Shown: positions 1-10,674, counted from the first letter of the stretch. The stretch: DNA of 64,000 nt from an uncultured Gammaproteobacteria bacterium (GCA_963708735.1 CAVPTW010000018.1:1672-65671); one strand, 5' to 3'. Numbers and translations are program-made. Notes: generated by a model from the sequence alone, not told the origin.

Positions 1-2
1 GC

Positions 3-362
3 GGCGGCGTGGTTGGTGGCCCGGGCGGCGCGGGCGGCGCGGGCACGTACGGCTATCCCAACGGCAGCCCAGGTACGGCGGGCAGCAACCTTGGCATGAT
101 GCAGGCGTGCGCGGGCACGTCGCTTGCGGGCAGCGGCTCCGCGTCCGGCGGGGCGGGCGTCACGCCCGACCCTGGCGGCACACCGGGCCGGGGAGGCACT
201 GTCTATGGCGAGCCCGGCTCCCAAGGCCTTGTGCGCCTCACATTCACCGTCGCGACAGCCCCTGCCACGCCCGTTCCGGCACTCGGCAGCTGGGCGCTGG
301 CGCTGCTTTGCCTGCTGGTCGCCGGGCTGGCCTGCACGCGGCTGGCGCGTGGCCGGCAATAG
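3..362 (+). CDS. Gly/Pro-rich secreted protein, 5'-partial, with IPTL/PEP-CTERM-like C-terminal sorting tail
   Basis: The frame is open to the window start. The body is low-complexity and Gly-rich. The C-terminus PVPALGSWALALLCLLVAGLACTRLARGRQ is a short motif, a hydrophobic helix and a basic tail. Confidence 0.5.
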   Translation, partial: GGVVGGPGGAGGAGTYGYPNGSPGTAGSNLGMMQACAGTSLAGSGSASGGAGVTPDPGGTPGRGGTVYGEPGSQGLVRLTFTVATAPATPVPALGSWALALLCLLVAGLACTRLARGRQ

Positions 363-652
363 ACTGGCACGGCGCGAACTCACTCTTTTAGGATCAAACC
401 CAGCTCATCGGCAGTGTTCACCACAAAGGTGTTCAAGTGCTCCAGGCATTGCCATGACAGCTTTTTCTGGCTTGAGAAAAATCACGATCAGAAATGCCAC
501 GCTGCCAATCACCATCCACAGACACACAGACAAGCTGCCATAGAAGGAGTCAAGCATGACCGCAGAGCCGGCCCTGTTCGATTGGACAGCACTCGTCACC
601 CATGGTTTGGGTTGACAATAGACCGTTACGCAGATTTTGTTACAGGCCCGCG

Positions 653-1582
653 ATGAATGATTACGCTTCCCTGATTCTGGGTGTTGCATGTGCCGGCATC
701 GGCGGTGAGCTTTTCGTTCGCGGTGCGGTCGGCCTCGCCCAATGGGCGCGGATTTCTCCGGGCATTATCGGTGCAACCGTAGCCGCATTCGCCACATCAG
801 GCCCGGAATTGTCGGTCTCAATAAATTCGGCTCTTGCCGGAGAGCCCCAAATAGCCCTCGGCGACGCCCTCGGCAGTAATGTTGTGAACGTCGCGCTGAT
901 TCTCGCGCTGGCGTTGGTAATTTCCGGAATCCAGAGTCCTCGTGACAGTGTAAAGCGGGATTTTCCCGTGGCATTGTTGATCCCGGTCATCACGGGTGTT
1001 CTGTTTCTGGATGGCGAGCTGTCGCGATTCGATGGTTTGTTGATGTTAGGCATGTTTTTCGTGTGGCTTGTGGCGGCGATTATCGAAGCGCGAAAGCAGC
1101 GAAATGTCGCGGCGAAAATACTTGGCGAACATCGAGGTTGGCTGATTGTGCTTTCGTGCGTCGTCGGCCTTGCCTTTCTTGCCGCTGCCGGCAATTTCAT
1201 CGTGGCGGGAGCAAGAGGTATCGCCATTGCCTTTGGCATCGATGAATTCATCATTGGGACAACCATTGTGGCGGTTGGCACGTCCGTGCCCGAGCTCGCG
1301 ACAACGGTCGTCGCCAAGCTCCGCGGATACGACGAGGTTGGCCTGGGAACCATTCTTGGCAGCAATATCTTCAACGGCATTTTGGTGGTTGCTGTCGCGG
1401 CCGTTATTCACCCCATTACCGTTGCATGGCGTGAGGTAGCCATTACCTTGGTATTTGGTCTGTTAACCCTGGTGTTCGCTTACCCTTCGCGCACAGGCTT
1501 CATCGAGCGCAGGCGGGGCGTGTTGCTGCTGGTGCTGTATGCTGCCTATCTCGCTACCATTCTTCATCAGCAAGCAGCCTAA
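653..1582 (+). CDS. Ca2+/cation antiporter (CaCA, YrbG-like sodium/calcium exchanger membrane protein)
   Basis: The ATG at 653 gives MNDYASLILGVACAGIGGELFVRG. The protein is polytopic and hydrophobic, with two alpha-repeat-like segments (GDALGSNVVNVALIL and GTILGSNIFNGILVV). Confidence 0.8.
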   Translation: MNDYASLILGVACAGIGGELFVRGAVGLAQWARISPGIIGATVAAFATSGPELSVSINSALAGEPQIALGDALGSNVVNVALILALALVISGIQSPRDSVKRDFPVALLIPVITGVLFLDGELSRFDGLLMLGMFFVWLVAAIIEARKQRNVAAKILGEHRGWLIVLSCVVGLAFLAAAGNFIVAGARGIAIAFGIDEFIIGTTIVAVGTSVPELATTVVAKLRGYDEVGLGTILGSNIFNGILVVAVAAVIHPITVAWREVAITLVFGLLTLVFAYPSRTGFIERRRGVLLLVLYAAYLATILHQQAA

Positions 1583-1863
1583 CCAGCCGCTGCACGCACG
1601 GCGGCCCTGCCGGACTCCGGCCTGAACCCAAACGTTAACCCGCGTTGACCACGCAGCGGATATCCTCGCCTGCGGCGGGGCCGCCGCCGCGCCGGAGCGT
1701 TGCGCAGCGGAAACACGCCATGGCGTCCGGCACATCTTCGCGCAAGGCCTCGACCAATTCAGGCGCGCCGATGTCGCCAACCGGAATTTGCCGTGCATGA
1801 TCCGGGGTTCACCAGCGCCTGCCGGGATTGCCTGAGGGCCGGTTGACTCAGGGCGCAGACGGG

Positions 1864-1889
1864 CTTGTATCGATATTTTTTGATGCAAG
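1864..1889 (+). promoter_or_regulatory. Candidate operator: inverted repeat CTTGTATC-N10-GATGCAAG containing the internal palindrome TATCGATA
   Basis: The arms match 7/8 as reverse complements. The site lies 27 nt upstream of the sahR-like ATG in an AT-rich patch of an otherwise GC-rich leader. Confidence 0.3.
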
Positions 1890-1915
1890 AGTCCCGGTGG
1901 TGTACAGTTCGCCGC

Positions 1916-2959
1916 ATGATGACGCCCGCCTCCCTTCCGACACCGCCGGGCACGGCGCCGCAAGCGCAGCCCGTCGCCGCTATCGCCGCGCTCTGCAAGG
2001 CCGTCGGCGACCCTTTGCGCGCCCTGATCCTGCGGGTGCTGGCGCGGGATGCCTACGGGGTGCTGGAGCTGTGTCAGGTGTTCGGCGTGCGCCAGCCGGC
2101 GCTCAGCCATCACCTCAAGATACTCGCCGGGGCCGGGCTGGTGGCGACCCGGCGCGAAGGCACCTTTATTTTTTATCGGCGCGCCCCGCGCCAGGACGAT
2201 GGCCTCGACCCGCTGCGCGCGCAGCTCTGCGAGGCTTTGGACTGCGGCGAGTTGCCCGCCGCGGTGACCGCTCAGCTCGGCGCCGTGCAGGCGGCCCGCG
2301 CCGAGAGCTCGCTGGCGTTCTTCCACCGGCATGCGGACGCCTTCCGCGAGCACCAGGATCTGATCGCCGGTTACGGCCAGTACGGCGACACCATTGTGCA
2401 GGTGCTGGACGCGGTGCGCCGACCGGGCGACCTCGGCGTCATCGAAGTGGGACCGGGCGAGGGCGAACTGCTCGCCGATCTGGCGCCGCGATTTTCCCGG
2501 GTGATCGCGCTCGACAACTCGCCGGCGATGCTGGCGCGGGCGCGGGATTTTGCCGGCCGGCGCGGGCTCGACCCTATCGAGTTCGTGCTGGGCGATACCG
2601 CCGCCGGGCTCCGGCGCGGACTGCGCGCGCCCCTGATCACGCTCAACATGGTGTTGCACCACAATGCCTCGCCGGCGCGCATGTTCGCCGACCTCGCCGC
2701 GCTGCTGACGCCGGGCGGCTCGCTGCTGGTGACCGAGCTGTGCGCCCACGACCAGGACTGGGCGCGCACCGCCTGCGGCGATCTGTGGCTCGGCTTCGAG
2801 CCACAGGCCCTCACCGAGTGGGCCGTCGCGGCGGGGCTGAAGGCCGGCGACAGCCAGTTCCTGGCGTTGCGCAACGGCTTTCGCATCCAGATTCGTCAGT
2901 TCATCCGTCCCGGGGCTCCCGGGCCAATTCTGCACACCATGAGGGCACCCTCCCGATGA
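1916..2959 (+). CDS. sahR: ArsR-family HTH fused to a SAM-methyltransferase-like domain (SahR-type regulator of the methyl cycle)
   Basis: The N-terminus [18 protein letters not shown]...[27 protein letters not shown] is an ArsR winged helix. The C-terminus [17 protein letters not shown] is a class I methyltransferase motif I. It is the first gene ahead of metK-ahcY-metF. The start could be 1916 or 1919. Confidence 0.65.
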   Translation: MMTPASLPTPPGTAPQAQPVAAIAALCKAVGDPLRALILRVLARDAYGVLELCQVFGVRQPALSHHLKILAGAGLVATRREGTFIFYRRAPRQDDGLDPLRAQLCEALDCGELPAAVTAQLGAVQAARAESSLAFFHRHADAFREHQDLIAGYGQYGDTIVQVLDAVRRPGDLGVIEVGPGEGELLADLAPRFSRVIALDNSPAMLARARDFAGRRGLDPIEFVLGDTAAGLRRGLRAPLITLNMVLHHNASPARMFADLAALLTPGGSLLVTELCAHDQDWARTACGDLWLGFEPQALTEWAVAAGLKAGDSQFLALRNGFRIQIRQFIRPGAPGPILHTMRAPSR

Positions 2960-4110
2960 GTCAGTACGCGATCTTCACTTCCGAATCGGTTTCCGAAGGC
3001 CATCCCGACAAACTGGCCGACCAGATCTCCGACGCCGTGCTCGATGCCATGTTGCGCGGCGACCCCGAATCGCGGGTCGCGGTGGAGACCATGGTCAAGA
3101 CCGGCATGGCGATCGTCGCCGGCGAGGTGCGCACCAGAACCTATGTGGACCTGGAGGAGATCGTGCGCAAGGTTATCCTCGATGCGGGTTACGACCATTC
3201 CGACCTGGGTTTCGACGGCGCGTCCTGCGCGGTGCTCAACGGCATCGGCAAGCAGTCCGGCGATATCGCCATGGGCGTCGACGAGGGCGACGACAAGGAG
3301 CAGGGCGCGGGCGACCAGGGCCTGATGTTCGGCTACGCCACCAACGAGACCGAGGTGCTGATGCCGGCGCCGATCTATTACGCGCACCGGCTGGTGGAGC
3401 GCCAGGCCCATCTGCGCAAGCACGGGGTGCTGCCCTGGCTGCGCCCGGACGCCAAGAGCCAGGTCACCCTGCGCTACGAGGACGGGCTGCCGGTGGCGGT
3501 GGATGCGGTGGTGCTTTCCACCCAGCACAGCCCCGACATCGGCCGCGCCGACCTGGTCGAGGCGGTGATGGAGGAGATCATCCGCCATGTGCTGCCGGCG
3601 GAATGGCTGCACAAGGACACCAAATACCATGTCAATCCCACCGGACAGTTCGTGATCGGCGGCCCCATGGGCGACTGCGGCCTCACCGGGCGCAAGATCA
3701 TCGTCGACACCTACGGCGGCATGGCCCACCACGGCGGCGGCGCCTTTTCCGGCAAGGACCCCTCGAAAGTGGATCGCTCCGCGGCCTACGCGGGCCGCTA
3801 TGTGGCCAAGAACATCGTCGCCGCCGGCCTCGCCGACCGCTGCGAGATCCAGGTTTCCTATGCGATCGGGGTGGCCGAACCGACGTCGATTTCGGTCAAT
3901 ACCTTCGGCACCGGCAAACTGTCCGACGCGGTCATCGTCGCGCTGATCCGTGAACACTTCGATCTGCGCCCCAAGGGGCTGATCGCGATGCTCGACCTGA
4001 AGCGGCCGATCTACCAGCAGACGGCGGCCTACGGCCACTTCGGTCGCGAGCTGCCCAACTTCACCTGGGAGCGCACCGACCGGGCCGAAGCGCTCCGCAA
4101 CGCCCACTGA
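2956..4110 (+). CDS. metK: S-adenosylmethionine synthetase
   Basis: Motifs [43 protein letters not shown] and [19 protein letters not shown]. Confidence 0.97.
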   Translation: MSQYAIFTSESVSEGHPDKLADQISDAVLDAMLRGDPESRVAVETMVKTGMAIVAGEVRTRTYVDLEEIVRKVILDAGYDHSDLGFDGASCAVLNGIGKQSGDIAMGVDEGDDKEQGAGDQGLMFGYATNETEVLMPAPIYYAHRLVERQAHLRKHGVLPWLRPDAKSQVTLRYEDGLPVAVDAVVLSTQHSPDIGRADLVEAVMEEIIRHVLPAEWLHKDTKYHVNPTGQFVIGGPMGDCGLTGRKIIVDTYGGMAHHGGGAFSGKDPSKVDRSAAYAGRYVAKNIVAAGLADRCEIQVSYAIGVAEPTSISVNTFGTGKLSDAVIVALIREHFDLRPKGLIAMLDLKRPIYQQTAAYGHFGRELPNFTWERTDRAEALRNAH

Positions 4111-4140
4111 CCTCCAGTTTTGACCCTCAAGGAAATTGCG

Positions 4141-5544
4141 ATGAAACAGGCCGCCAAGACCGCCGCCACACCGGATTACAAAGTCGCCGACATCACCCTG
4201 GCCGACTGGGGCCGGCGCGAAATCGAGATCGCCGAAAGCGAAATGCCGGCACTGATGGCGCTGCGCGAACAGTACCGCGCGGCCCAGCCCCTGGCCGGGG
4301 CGAAGATCCTCGGCTGCATCCACATGACCATCCAGACCGCGGTGCTGATCGAGACCCTGCGCGCGCTGGGTGCCGAGGTGCGCTGGTCGTCGTGCAACAT
4401 TTTCTCGACCCAGGACCATGCCGCCGCCGCCATCGCCGCCGCCGGCGTCGCGGTCTATGCCTGGAAGGGCGAGACCGAGGCCGAGTACGACTGGTGCATC
4501 GAGCAGACCATCCTCAAGGACGGCGCGCCCTGGGACGTCAACATGGTCCTCGACGACGGCGGCGATCTCACCCGCATGCTCCACGACAAATACCCGGCAG
4601 TGCTTGACCGTGTCCACGGCATCACCGAGGAGACCACCACCGGCGTGCATCGCCTGCTCGACATGCTCGCCAAGGGCACGTTGAAAGTCCCGGCGATCAA
4701 CGTCAACGACGCCGTGACCAAGTCCAAGAACGACAACAAGTACGGCTGCCGTCACAGCCTCAACGACGCCATCAAGCGCGCCACCGACCACCTGCTGGCC
4801 GGCAAGCGCGCGCTGGTGATCGGCTACGGCGATGTCGGCAAGGGCTCGGCGCAGTCGCTGCGCCAGGAAGGCATGATCGTGCGCGTGGCCGAGATCGACC
4901 CGATCTGCGCCATGCAGGCCTGCATGGACGGCTATGAAGTCGTTTCCCCCTATCTGAACGGCGTCAATACCGGCAGCGCCGAGGGCATCGATCGCGCGCT
5001 GCTGGGCCAGACCGATCTGGTGGTGACCGCTACCGGCAATCTGGACGTGTGCGACCGCCACATGCTGGCGGCGCTCAAATCCGGCGCCGTGGTCTGTAAC
5101 ATCGGTCACTTCGACCACGAGATCGATACCGCCTTCACGCGCGAACACTGGTGCTGGGAAGAGGTGAAACCCCAGGTGCACAAGGTCTATCGCGCGGCCA
5201 CCAAGGCGGCGGCCAAGGGCGATCACATCCTGCTGCTGTCCGAAGGCCGCCTGGTCAATCTGGGCAACGCGACCGGCCACCCGAGCCGGATCATGGACGG
5301 CTCCTTCGCCAATCAGGTACTGGCGCAGATCCATCTCTATCAGCAGCGCTTTGCGGAACAGCCGGCAGAGGCGCGCGAGGCATTGCTGCGCGTCGAGGTG
5401 CTGCCGCGCCATCTGGACGAAGAGGTCGCTGCCCACATGGTGCGGGGCTTTGCCGGGGTCATCACCCGCCTCACCCCCAAGCAGGCGGCCTATATCCAGG
5501 TGCCGGTCGAGGGGCCGTTCAAACGCCCAGACTACCGCTACTGA
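4141..5544 (+). CDS. ahcY: Adenosylhomocysteinase
   Basis: Motifs [30 protein letters not shown] and the NAD site [16 protein letters not shown]. The protein ends in RPDYRY. The ATG at 4141 is preferred over the TTG at 4120. Confidence 0.95.
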   Translation: MKQAAKTAATPDYKVADITLADWGRREIEIAESEMPALMALREQYRAAQPLAGAKILGCIHMTIQTAVLIETLRALGAEVRWSSCNIFSTQDHAAAAIAAAGVAVYAWKGETEAEYDWCIEQTILKDGAPWDVNMVLDDGGDLTRMLHDKYPAVLDRVHGITEETTTGVHRLLDMLAKGTLKVPAINVNDAVTKSKNDNKYGCRHSLNDAIKRATDHLLAGKRALVIGYGDVGKGSAQSLRQEGMIVRVAEIDPICAMQACMDGYEVVSPYLNGVNTGSAEGIDRALLGQTDLVVTATGNLDVCDRHMLAALKSGAVVCNIGHFDHEIDTAFTREHWCWEEVKPQVHKVYRAATKAAAKGDHILLLSEGRLVNLGNATGHPSRIMDGSFANQVLAQIHLYQQRFAEQPAEAREALLRVEVLPRHLDEEVAAHMVRGFAGVITRLTPKQAAYIQVPVEGPFKRPDYRY

Positions 5545-5563
5545 ACCGGAGCCCGCCGATCCC

Positions 5564-6409
5564 ATGCGCACCCGGGTGCCCGTCAGCTTCGAGTTCTTTC
5601 CGCCCAAGACGCCGGAAGGCGCGGCCAAACTCCAGCACACCCGGGCGGCGCTGACCGCCTTCGGGCCGGACTTCTTTTCGGTGACCTACGGCGCCGGCGG
5701 CTCCACGCGCGCCAACACCCTGGCCACGGTGCTCGCCATCCACGACGCCGGCTGCCCGGTGGCGCCGCACCTGTCGTTCGGTGGCGATGATGCCGCAGGC
5801 GTGCTGAAACTGGTGGACCAGTACCGCGCCGCCGGTATCCACCGCCTGGTCGCCCTGCGCGGCGACCTGCCCTCGGGCATGGGCGGCGCCGCGCAACTGG
5901 TACACGCCAACGAGCTGGTGGCCCTGATTCGCCGTCACAGCGGCGATCACTTCCGCATCCATGTCGCGGCCTACCCGGAAATCCACCCGGAAGCGCGCGG
6001 TTACGGCGACGACATCCACTGGCTCGGCCAGAAATTCGCCGCCGGCGCCGACGCCGCCATCACCCAGTATTTCTACAATGCCGACGCCTATTTCCAGTTG
6101 CTGGACGCCTGCGCCCGGGCCGGCATCGACCGCCCCATCGTGCCCGGCATCATGCCCATCACCCACTACCAGAACCTGGTGCGTTTCTCCGCCAGTTGCG
6201 GAGCCGAAATCCCGCGCTGGCTCCAGCACAGTCTGGCCGACCGGGGCGACGACACCGAGGGCCTGCGCCAGTTCGGGGTCGAGGTGGTGGCGCGGCTGTG
6301 CGAACGCCTGCTCGCGGGCGGCGCCCCCGGGCTGCATTTTTATACGCTGAATCAGGCCGAGGCGACCGCGGATATTCTGCGGCGCATCGGGTTTGCCGCC
6401 GCGCACTGA
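5564..6409 (+). CDS. metF: Methylenetetrahydrofolate reductase
   Basis: The product starts MRTRVPVSFEFFPPKTPEG and continues FFSVTYGAGGSTR. The gene lies directly after ahcY. Confidence 0.9.
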   Translation: MRTRVPVSFEFFPPKTPEGAAKLQHTRAALTAFGPDFFSVTYGAGGSTRANTLATVLAIHDAGCPVAPHLSFGGDDAAGVLKLVDQYRAAGIHRLVALRGDLPSGMGGAAQLVHANELVALIRRHSGDHFRIHVAAYPEIHPEARGYGDDIHWLGQKFAAGADAAITQYFYNADAYFQLLDACARAGIDRPIVPGIMPITHYQNLVRFSASCGAEIPRWLQHSLADRGDDTEGLRQFGVEVVARLCERLLAGGAPGLHFYTLNQAEATADILRRIGFAAAH

Positions 6410-6417
6410 CGGCTGCG

Positions 6418-7149
6418 ATGGCAATCCCCCGAGTTTTCACCGACCAGACCATCGCCGCCGGCGCCGAGATCGGGCTTGAACCCGGCCCCAGCCATCATCT
6501 GCTCAAGGTGCTGCGACTCAGGCCCGGCGCCGGGCTGCGCCTGTTCAACGGTCGCGGCGGCAGCTTTGCGGCGGTGCTCAGCGTGCATCGCGGTCAGGAA
6601 GCACGCGTCGCGGTGGGCGACTTCGATCCGGCGGATCACGCATCGCCGCTCGCCATCGAGCTCGCCATCGGCGTCTCCCGGGGCGAGCGCATGGACTGGG
6701 TGGTGCAAAAGGCCGTGGAACTGGGTGCGAGCGCGATCCGCCCGCTGGTCACCGAGCGCACCGAGGTGCGGCTGGCCGGCGAACGGCGCGACAAGAAACT
6801 CGGCCACTGGCGCCAGATTGCCATCGCCGCCTGCGAACAGTGCGGGCGCAACCGTCTGCCGGACATCCATGCCCCGCAGCCCCTCGCCGACTGGCTGCCG
6901 GCCGCCGCCGGATTGCGCCTGGTGCTGGCGCCGGGGGCAACCGCCGCGCTCGCCGGTATCGACGTCACCGCGCCGGACGCGGTCACCCTGCTGATCGGCC
7001 CCGAGGGCGGACTGTCCGCGGCCGAGGTCGATGCGGCCATCGCCGCCGGATTTCAGGCCGTGGGGCTCGGCCCGCGCGTGCTGCGCACCGAGACCGCGCC
7101 GCTGGCGGCGCTCGCCATCTGCCAGGCGCGCTGGGGGGATTTCCGGTGA
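6418..7149 (+). CDS. rsmE: 16S rRNA (uracil1498-N3)-methyltransferase
   Basis: The N-terminus is MAIPRVFTDQ. The family motif LLIGPEGGLSAAEV is present, and the length is about 243 aa. Confidence 0.85.
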   Translation: MAIPRVFTDQTIAAGAEIGLEPGPSHHLLKVLRLRPGAGLRLFNGRGGSFAAVLSVHRGQEARVAVGDFDPADHASPLAIELAIGVSRGERMDWVVQKAVELGASAIRPLVTERTEVRLAGERRDKKLGHWRQIAIAACEQCGRNRLPDIHAPQPLADWLPAAAGLRLVLAPGATAALAGIDVTAPDAVTLLIGPEGGLSAAEVDAAIAAGFQAVGLGPRVLRTETAPLAALAICQARWGDFR

Positions 7150-7151
7150 AT

Positions 7152-7188
7152 GTCACGGGGGTCGGATCGCAAGTCCGGACCCCGTGAC
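7152..7188. terminator. Long imperfect hairpin between convergent rsmE and the SDR gene (possible bidirectional terminator)
   Basis: GTCACGGGGGTCGGA pairs with TCCGGACCCCGTGAC (one mismatch, one G-U) around a 7-nt loop. Only a short T tract follows. Confidence 0.4.
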
Positions 7189-7197
7189 GGGCCGGTT

Positions 7198-8133
7198 TCA
7201 GCGCGGTGCGGCGGGATTCACCAGCCCGCGCACCAGGGTTTTCGGCAGCAGTTTTTGCAGCTCTTCCTGGGTCCAGCGGCCGGCGGTGAACACGCTGCGG
7301 TGTTTCTCGGGCAGCGACACCAGGCTGATCTCGCCGCCGCCGACGATGAAGTCGCGACCGTTGACGTGGGCCGCGGCGTCGGTGCACAGGAACACCACCA
7401 GCGGCGACACCAGCTCGGGGGTGAAGGTGTCGGAGCCTTCGGCCATGTCCTCGATCTCGAACATGAAATCGGGCAGCGGCAGCTTGCCCTGGCGCGCCAG
7501 TTCGAGGGCTTTCTTCATGTCCACGGCGCCCGCCATGCGGGTCCCGGCGCGCGGGCGGATGGCGTTGCAGGTAACGCCGTACGGCCCGAGTTCGAGCGCC
7601 AGGGTGCGGCTGAAGCCGACGATCCCTTCCTTGGCGGCGGCGTAGTTCGACGCCGCGTAGCCGCCGAGGCCGGCTTCCGAAGCCGTGTTGACGATGCGGC
7701 CGCCACGCTGTTTAGCGAACACCTCCGCCGCCGGCTTGGTGACGGTGTAGAGCGCGCGCAGATGGACCGCGATCACGCTGTCCCACTCCTCCTCGCTCAT
7801 CTTCACGAACAACTGGTTGCGGATATTGCCGGCGTTGTTGACCACGATGTCCAGCCGCCCGAAGGTGTCGAGCGCCTGCTCCACCATGGCCTTGCCGTCC
7901 GCCGTGCTGGTGACATTGCCGCCATTGGCCGCCGCCTCGCCGCCGAGCGCGCGGATTTCCGCGACCACGGACTGCGCCGGAGAGGCATCGCCACCTTCGC
8001 CGGCGACACTGCCGCCGAGATCATTGACGAGCACCCTGGCTCCCTCGGCCGCGAGCGCGAGCGCATGGGAGCGCCCCAGCCCGCGACCGCCGCCGGTGAC
8101 AATGGCGACCTTACCTGCCAACAGATTACCCAT
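7198..8133 (-). CDS. SDR-family oxidoreductase
   Basis: The Rossmann motif VTGGGRGLGRS, the NNAG motif and the catalytic SNYAAAK (YxxxK) are all present. Confidence 0.85.
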   Translation of the reverse strand: MGNLLAGKVAIVTGGGRGLGRSHALALAAEGARVLVNDLGGSVAGEGGDASPAQSVVAEIRALGGEAAANGGNVTSTADGKAMVEQALDTFGRLDIVVNNAGNIRNQLFVKMSEEEWDSVIAVHLRALYTVTKPAAEVFAKQRGGRIVNTASEAGLGGYAASNYAAAKEGIVGFSRTLALELGPYGVTCNAIRPRAGTRMAGAVDMKKALELARQGKLPLPDFMFEIEDMAEGSDTFTPELVSPLVVFLCTDAAAHVNGRDFIVGGGEISLVSLPEKHRSVFTAGRWTQEELQKLLPKTLVRGLVNPAAPR

Positions 8134-8521
8134 AACGATTTCCCCCCTTTTTGATGATGTGAAGCGTTGAAGTCGATGTGGCGCGCCGTGGTTGCCTGGC
8201 GCGCGCCCTGGTTATCGATCCCGGATTCTACGGGGCGCCCGCCGGCGGGTCACCCGCAATGGGCTGCTGGCGCCCTGGTTCGCCACGCCGCCACAGTTCC
8301 CCGGTGCCAAGACAGTCCGAGCCCCAGCGCAGCAGGGCGGCGAACACCAGCCACAGCGACCAGGAGAGCATCGCCAGCCGGTACAGCCACAGCGGCAGGC
8401 TCAGGACCGCGCCGGTGGGCAGGGCGCCCGGGCGGTGTCCAGCTTATGTTCGCTATCGCACAGAAGCTGATAATGCATGCAGCTATGGTTAACAAGGAAG
8501 TATTCATCGCCGGGAAATGTC

Positions 8522-9796
8522 ATGGACGTTCAAAACGCTGCCATCGCGCAACCAGATAAGCTCGCACCCTGCGGTGTCGAATTGGGTTTCCGCGTCAAGC
8601 GAAATTGCCTTGGTGCGCTGGCGGGCTTGGCATTCGCGGGCTTGCTTTCGCTATCCGCCACAGCACAGGCCGCCACCGCGCCATCACTGGGTGACGCTGG
8701 AAGCTTCGCCATCCTGAGCGGGGCTTCGATTACCAACACCGGGAATACCGTCATCAATGGTGATCTCGGCATATCCCCCGGCAGCTCGATCACCGGCTTT
8801 CCCCCGGGGATAGTGACGCCGCCCGGTACGATCCACGCGGCTGACGCGCTGGCGGACAACGCCAAGGCGGACCTCGTCACCGCGTATGACGCGCTTACGG
8901 CGCAAGCGTGCGATTTCGGTCCCTTCGGCCCGACCGACCTGGCTGGAACCAGCCTCGCGCCAGGCGTTTATTGTTATTCGTCGTCGGTTCAGAACAGCGG
9001 AGTACTCACGCTCAGTGGAACTTCCGCTACTGATGTCTGGGTTTTCAGAGTTGGCAGCACACTCACGACCGGACCGGGATCCTCCGTGGTTGTTACCGGT
9101 CCCGCGCAGAGTTGTAACGTATTCTGGCAGGTCGGCAGTTCCGCAACCCTGGATACAACTACTGCATTCTCTGGAAACATTCTCGCCTTCCAGAGTATCA
9201 GCATGAACAACGGCGCCAGCATCGCGGGCAGGGCCTTGGCGCGCAATGGTTCTGTAACCCTGATCAACAACACCACCGACGCGACCGAGTGTACCGGCGT
9301 ACCTCCCTCGGGAGGAGTCGGAGTCTTCAAGGTCTTCAGTCCGACCACCATCGATGCGGGCGATCTCGCGGCCATCACCATTACCTTTACCAACACCGAT
9401 GCAGGCCCCGCCACCTTGGTGACGGATTTCATTGACACCCTGCCCGGTGGGCTGACCACCGTCGGGCTTCCCACCACGACTTGCGGGGGGGTGCCGAGCG
9501 CAACCGCCGCGTCCGTGACCTTGCCGGCCGGGACCACCATCCCGGGCGGCACCACCGCCGTTCCTGGCTTCTGCACGTTGAGCGCGCAGGTAACCGCCGC
9601 GACCGTTGGCAATTTCCTCAACACCCTGCCCGTCCTGGAGACGGACCTGGGCAGCGGTCCCGCCACGTCCCCCGGAGTAACCTTGATCGTCGTCGCCACC
9701 GCCGGTATCCCGGCGCTTTCCGAGTGGATGATGATCATGCTGACGGCGCTTCTCACCGTCGCTGGCTTGACCGCGCTTCGCAGGTCGCGAAGCTAG
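8522..9796 (+). CDS. Secreted ice-binding-like (DUF3494) protein with a DUF11-like repeat domain and an IPTL-CTERM sorting signal
   Basis: A signal peptide (LAGLAFAGLLSLSATAQA) is followed by LGDAGSFAILSGASITNTGNTVINGDLGISPGSSITGFPPG, which is typical of DUF3494. The C-terminus is GIPALSEWMMIMLTALLTVAGLTALRRSRS. The start is uncertain (8477, 8522 or an internal TTG). Confidence 0.7.
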   Translation: MDVQNAAIAQPDKLAPCGVELGFRVKRNCLGALAGLAFAGLLSLSATAQAATAPSLGDAGSFAILSGASITNTGNTVINGDLGISPGSSITGFPPGIVTPPGTIHAADALADNAKADLVTAYDALTAQACDFGPFGPTDLAGTSLAPGVYCYSSSVQNSGVLTLSGTSATDVWVFRVGSTLTTGPGSSVVVTGPAQSCNVFWQVGSSATLDTTTAFSGNILAFQSISMNNGASIAGRALARNGSVTLINNTTDATECTGVPPSGGVGVFKVFSPTTIDAGDLAAITITFTNTDAGPATLVTDFIDTLPGGLTTVGLPTTTCGGVPSATAASVTLPAGTTIPGGTTAVPGFCTLSAQVTAATVGNFLNTLPVLETDLGSGPATSPGVTLIVVATAGIPALSEWMMIMLTALLTVAGLTALRRSRS

Positions 9797-9963
9797 TCTT
9801 CCAGAATTTACGGACAGGCAAGCGACGCTCCCTGGCTTGCGGGCCAGTCCGTTCCTGCACGGTCCGCTTCGACACAGCCCGCGCCGACAATTGAGGCTCG
9901 CCACAAATCGGTCTAAGCTGCCCGCCCGCATTCCCGCTGCTCCCGACACGTCCGCGACCATTC

Positions 9964-10620
9964 ATGCAACTGGCTCTGTTCGATCTCGACAACACATTGA
10001 TCGCCGGCGACAGCGACTATTCCTGGGGCGAGTTTCTGGTGCGCATCGGCAAGGTCGATGCCGAGACCTATCAGACTGCCAACACCCGATTCTACGAGGA
10101 TTACCGGCGCGGGCAGCTCGATATTCACGCCTATCTGCGTTTTGCGCTGGCGCCGCTTGCCGCCACCGAGCCGGCGGAACTTGCGGCGATCCGCGAGCGC
10201 TTCATGCAGGAAGTGATCGCCGACCTGTGGCTGCCCCGGGCCGAAGCCCTGATCCTCAGCCACCGCGAACGCGGCCACCGTCCGGTGATCGTGACCGCCA
10301 CCAACCGCTTCGTGGTGGAGCCGATCTGCCTGAAGCTGGGCATCAGCGACATCATCGCCACCGAACCCGAAATCATCGCTGGCCGCTACACCGGTGCGGT
10401 GCGGGGCGAACCCAGCTTTGGTCCCGGCAAGGTCAGCCGGCTGCGGGAATGGCTCGCGCAACACGGCTATGCGCTGACCGGCAGCTACTATTACGGCGAT
10501 TCGATCAACGATCTGCCGATCCTCGAAGCGGTGGATAATCCCGTCGCGGTGGACCCGGACGACCGCTTGCGGGCCGCCGCCATTGCGCGCGACTGGCCGG
10601 TGATCAGCCTGCGCGACTGA
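9964..10620 (+). CDS. HAD-IB family hydrolase (SerB-like phosphatase)
   Basis: HAD motif I is in [18 protein letters not shown]. Motif IV is in [14 protein letters not shown]. Confidence 0.8.
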   Translation: MQLALFDLDNTLIAGDSDYSWGEFLVRIGKVDAETYQTANTRFYEDYRRGQLDIHAYLRFALAPLAATEPAELAAIRERFMQEVIADLWLPRAEALILSHRERGHRPVIVTATNRFVVEPICLKLGISDIIATEPEIIAGRYTGAVRGEPSFGPGKVSRLREWLAQHGYALTGSYYYGDSINDLPILEAVDNPVAVDPDDRLRAAAIARDWPVISLRD

Positions 10621-10674
10621 GCCGCGCCGGGCAGGCGCACAATCGCTTCATCTTCGACGAACCCAGGGCCAATC

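Noticed and set aside
405-557. A minus-strand small ORF, MLDSFYGSLSVCLWMVIGSVAFLIVIFLKPEKAVMAMPGALEHLCGEHCR, upstream of the CaCA gene.
   Set aside because: It has one plausible TM helix, but no Shine-Dalgarno sequence and no motif I recognise. It cannot be supported without conservation data.
1688-1756. An SAH-riboswitch-like string (GCCGGAGCGTTGCGC ... GCGTCCGGC ... GCGCAAGGCCTC) in the leader of the sahR-metK-ahcY operon.
   Set aside because: A P1-like and a partial pseudoknot pairing can be drawn. However, the conserved core elements as I remember them (AGGCUCGG and AACGGCGCUCA) are not matched. The element also lies about 160 nt from the first ATG. A cmsearch with RF01057 would settle it, and I expect no significant hit.
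8228-8443. A minus-strand open frame ending ...LSLPLWLYRLAMLSWSLWLVFAALLRWGSDCLGTGELWRRGEPGRQQPIAGDPPAGAP. It looks like the C-terminus of a membrane protein, next to the compositional break before the DUF3494 gene.
   Set aside because: The frame is closed by a TAA at 8444-8446, and the only ATG (at 8371) leaves 47 codons. It may be a gene remnant, but this cannot be shown from the sequence alone.
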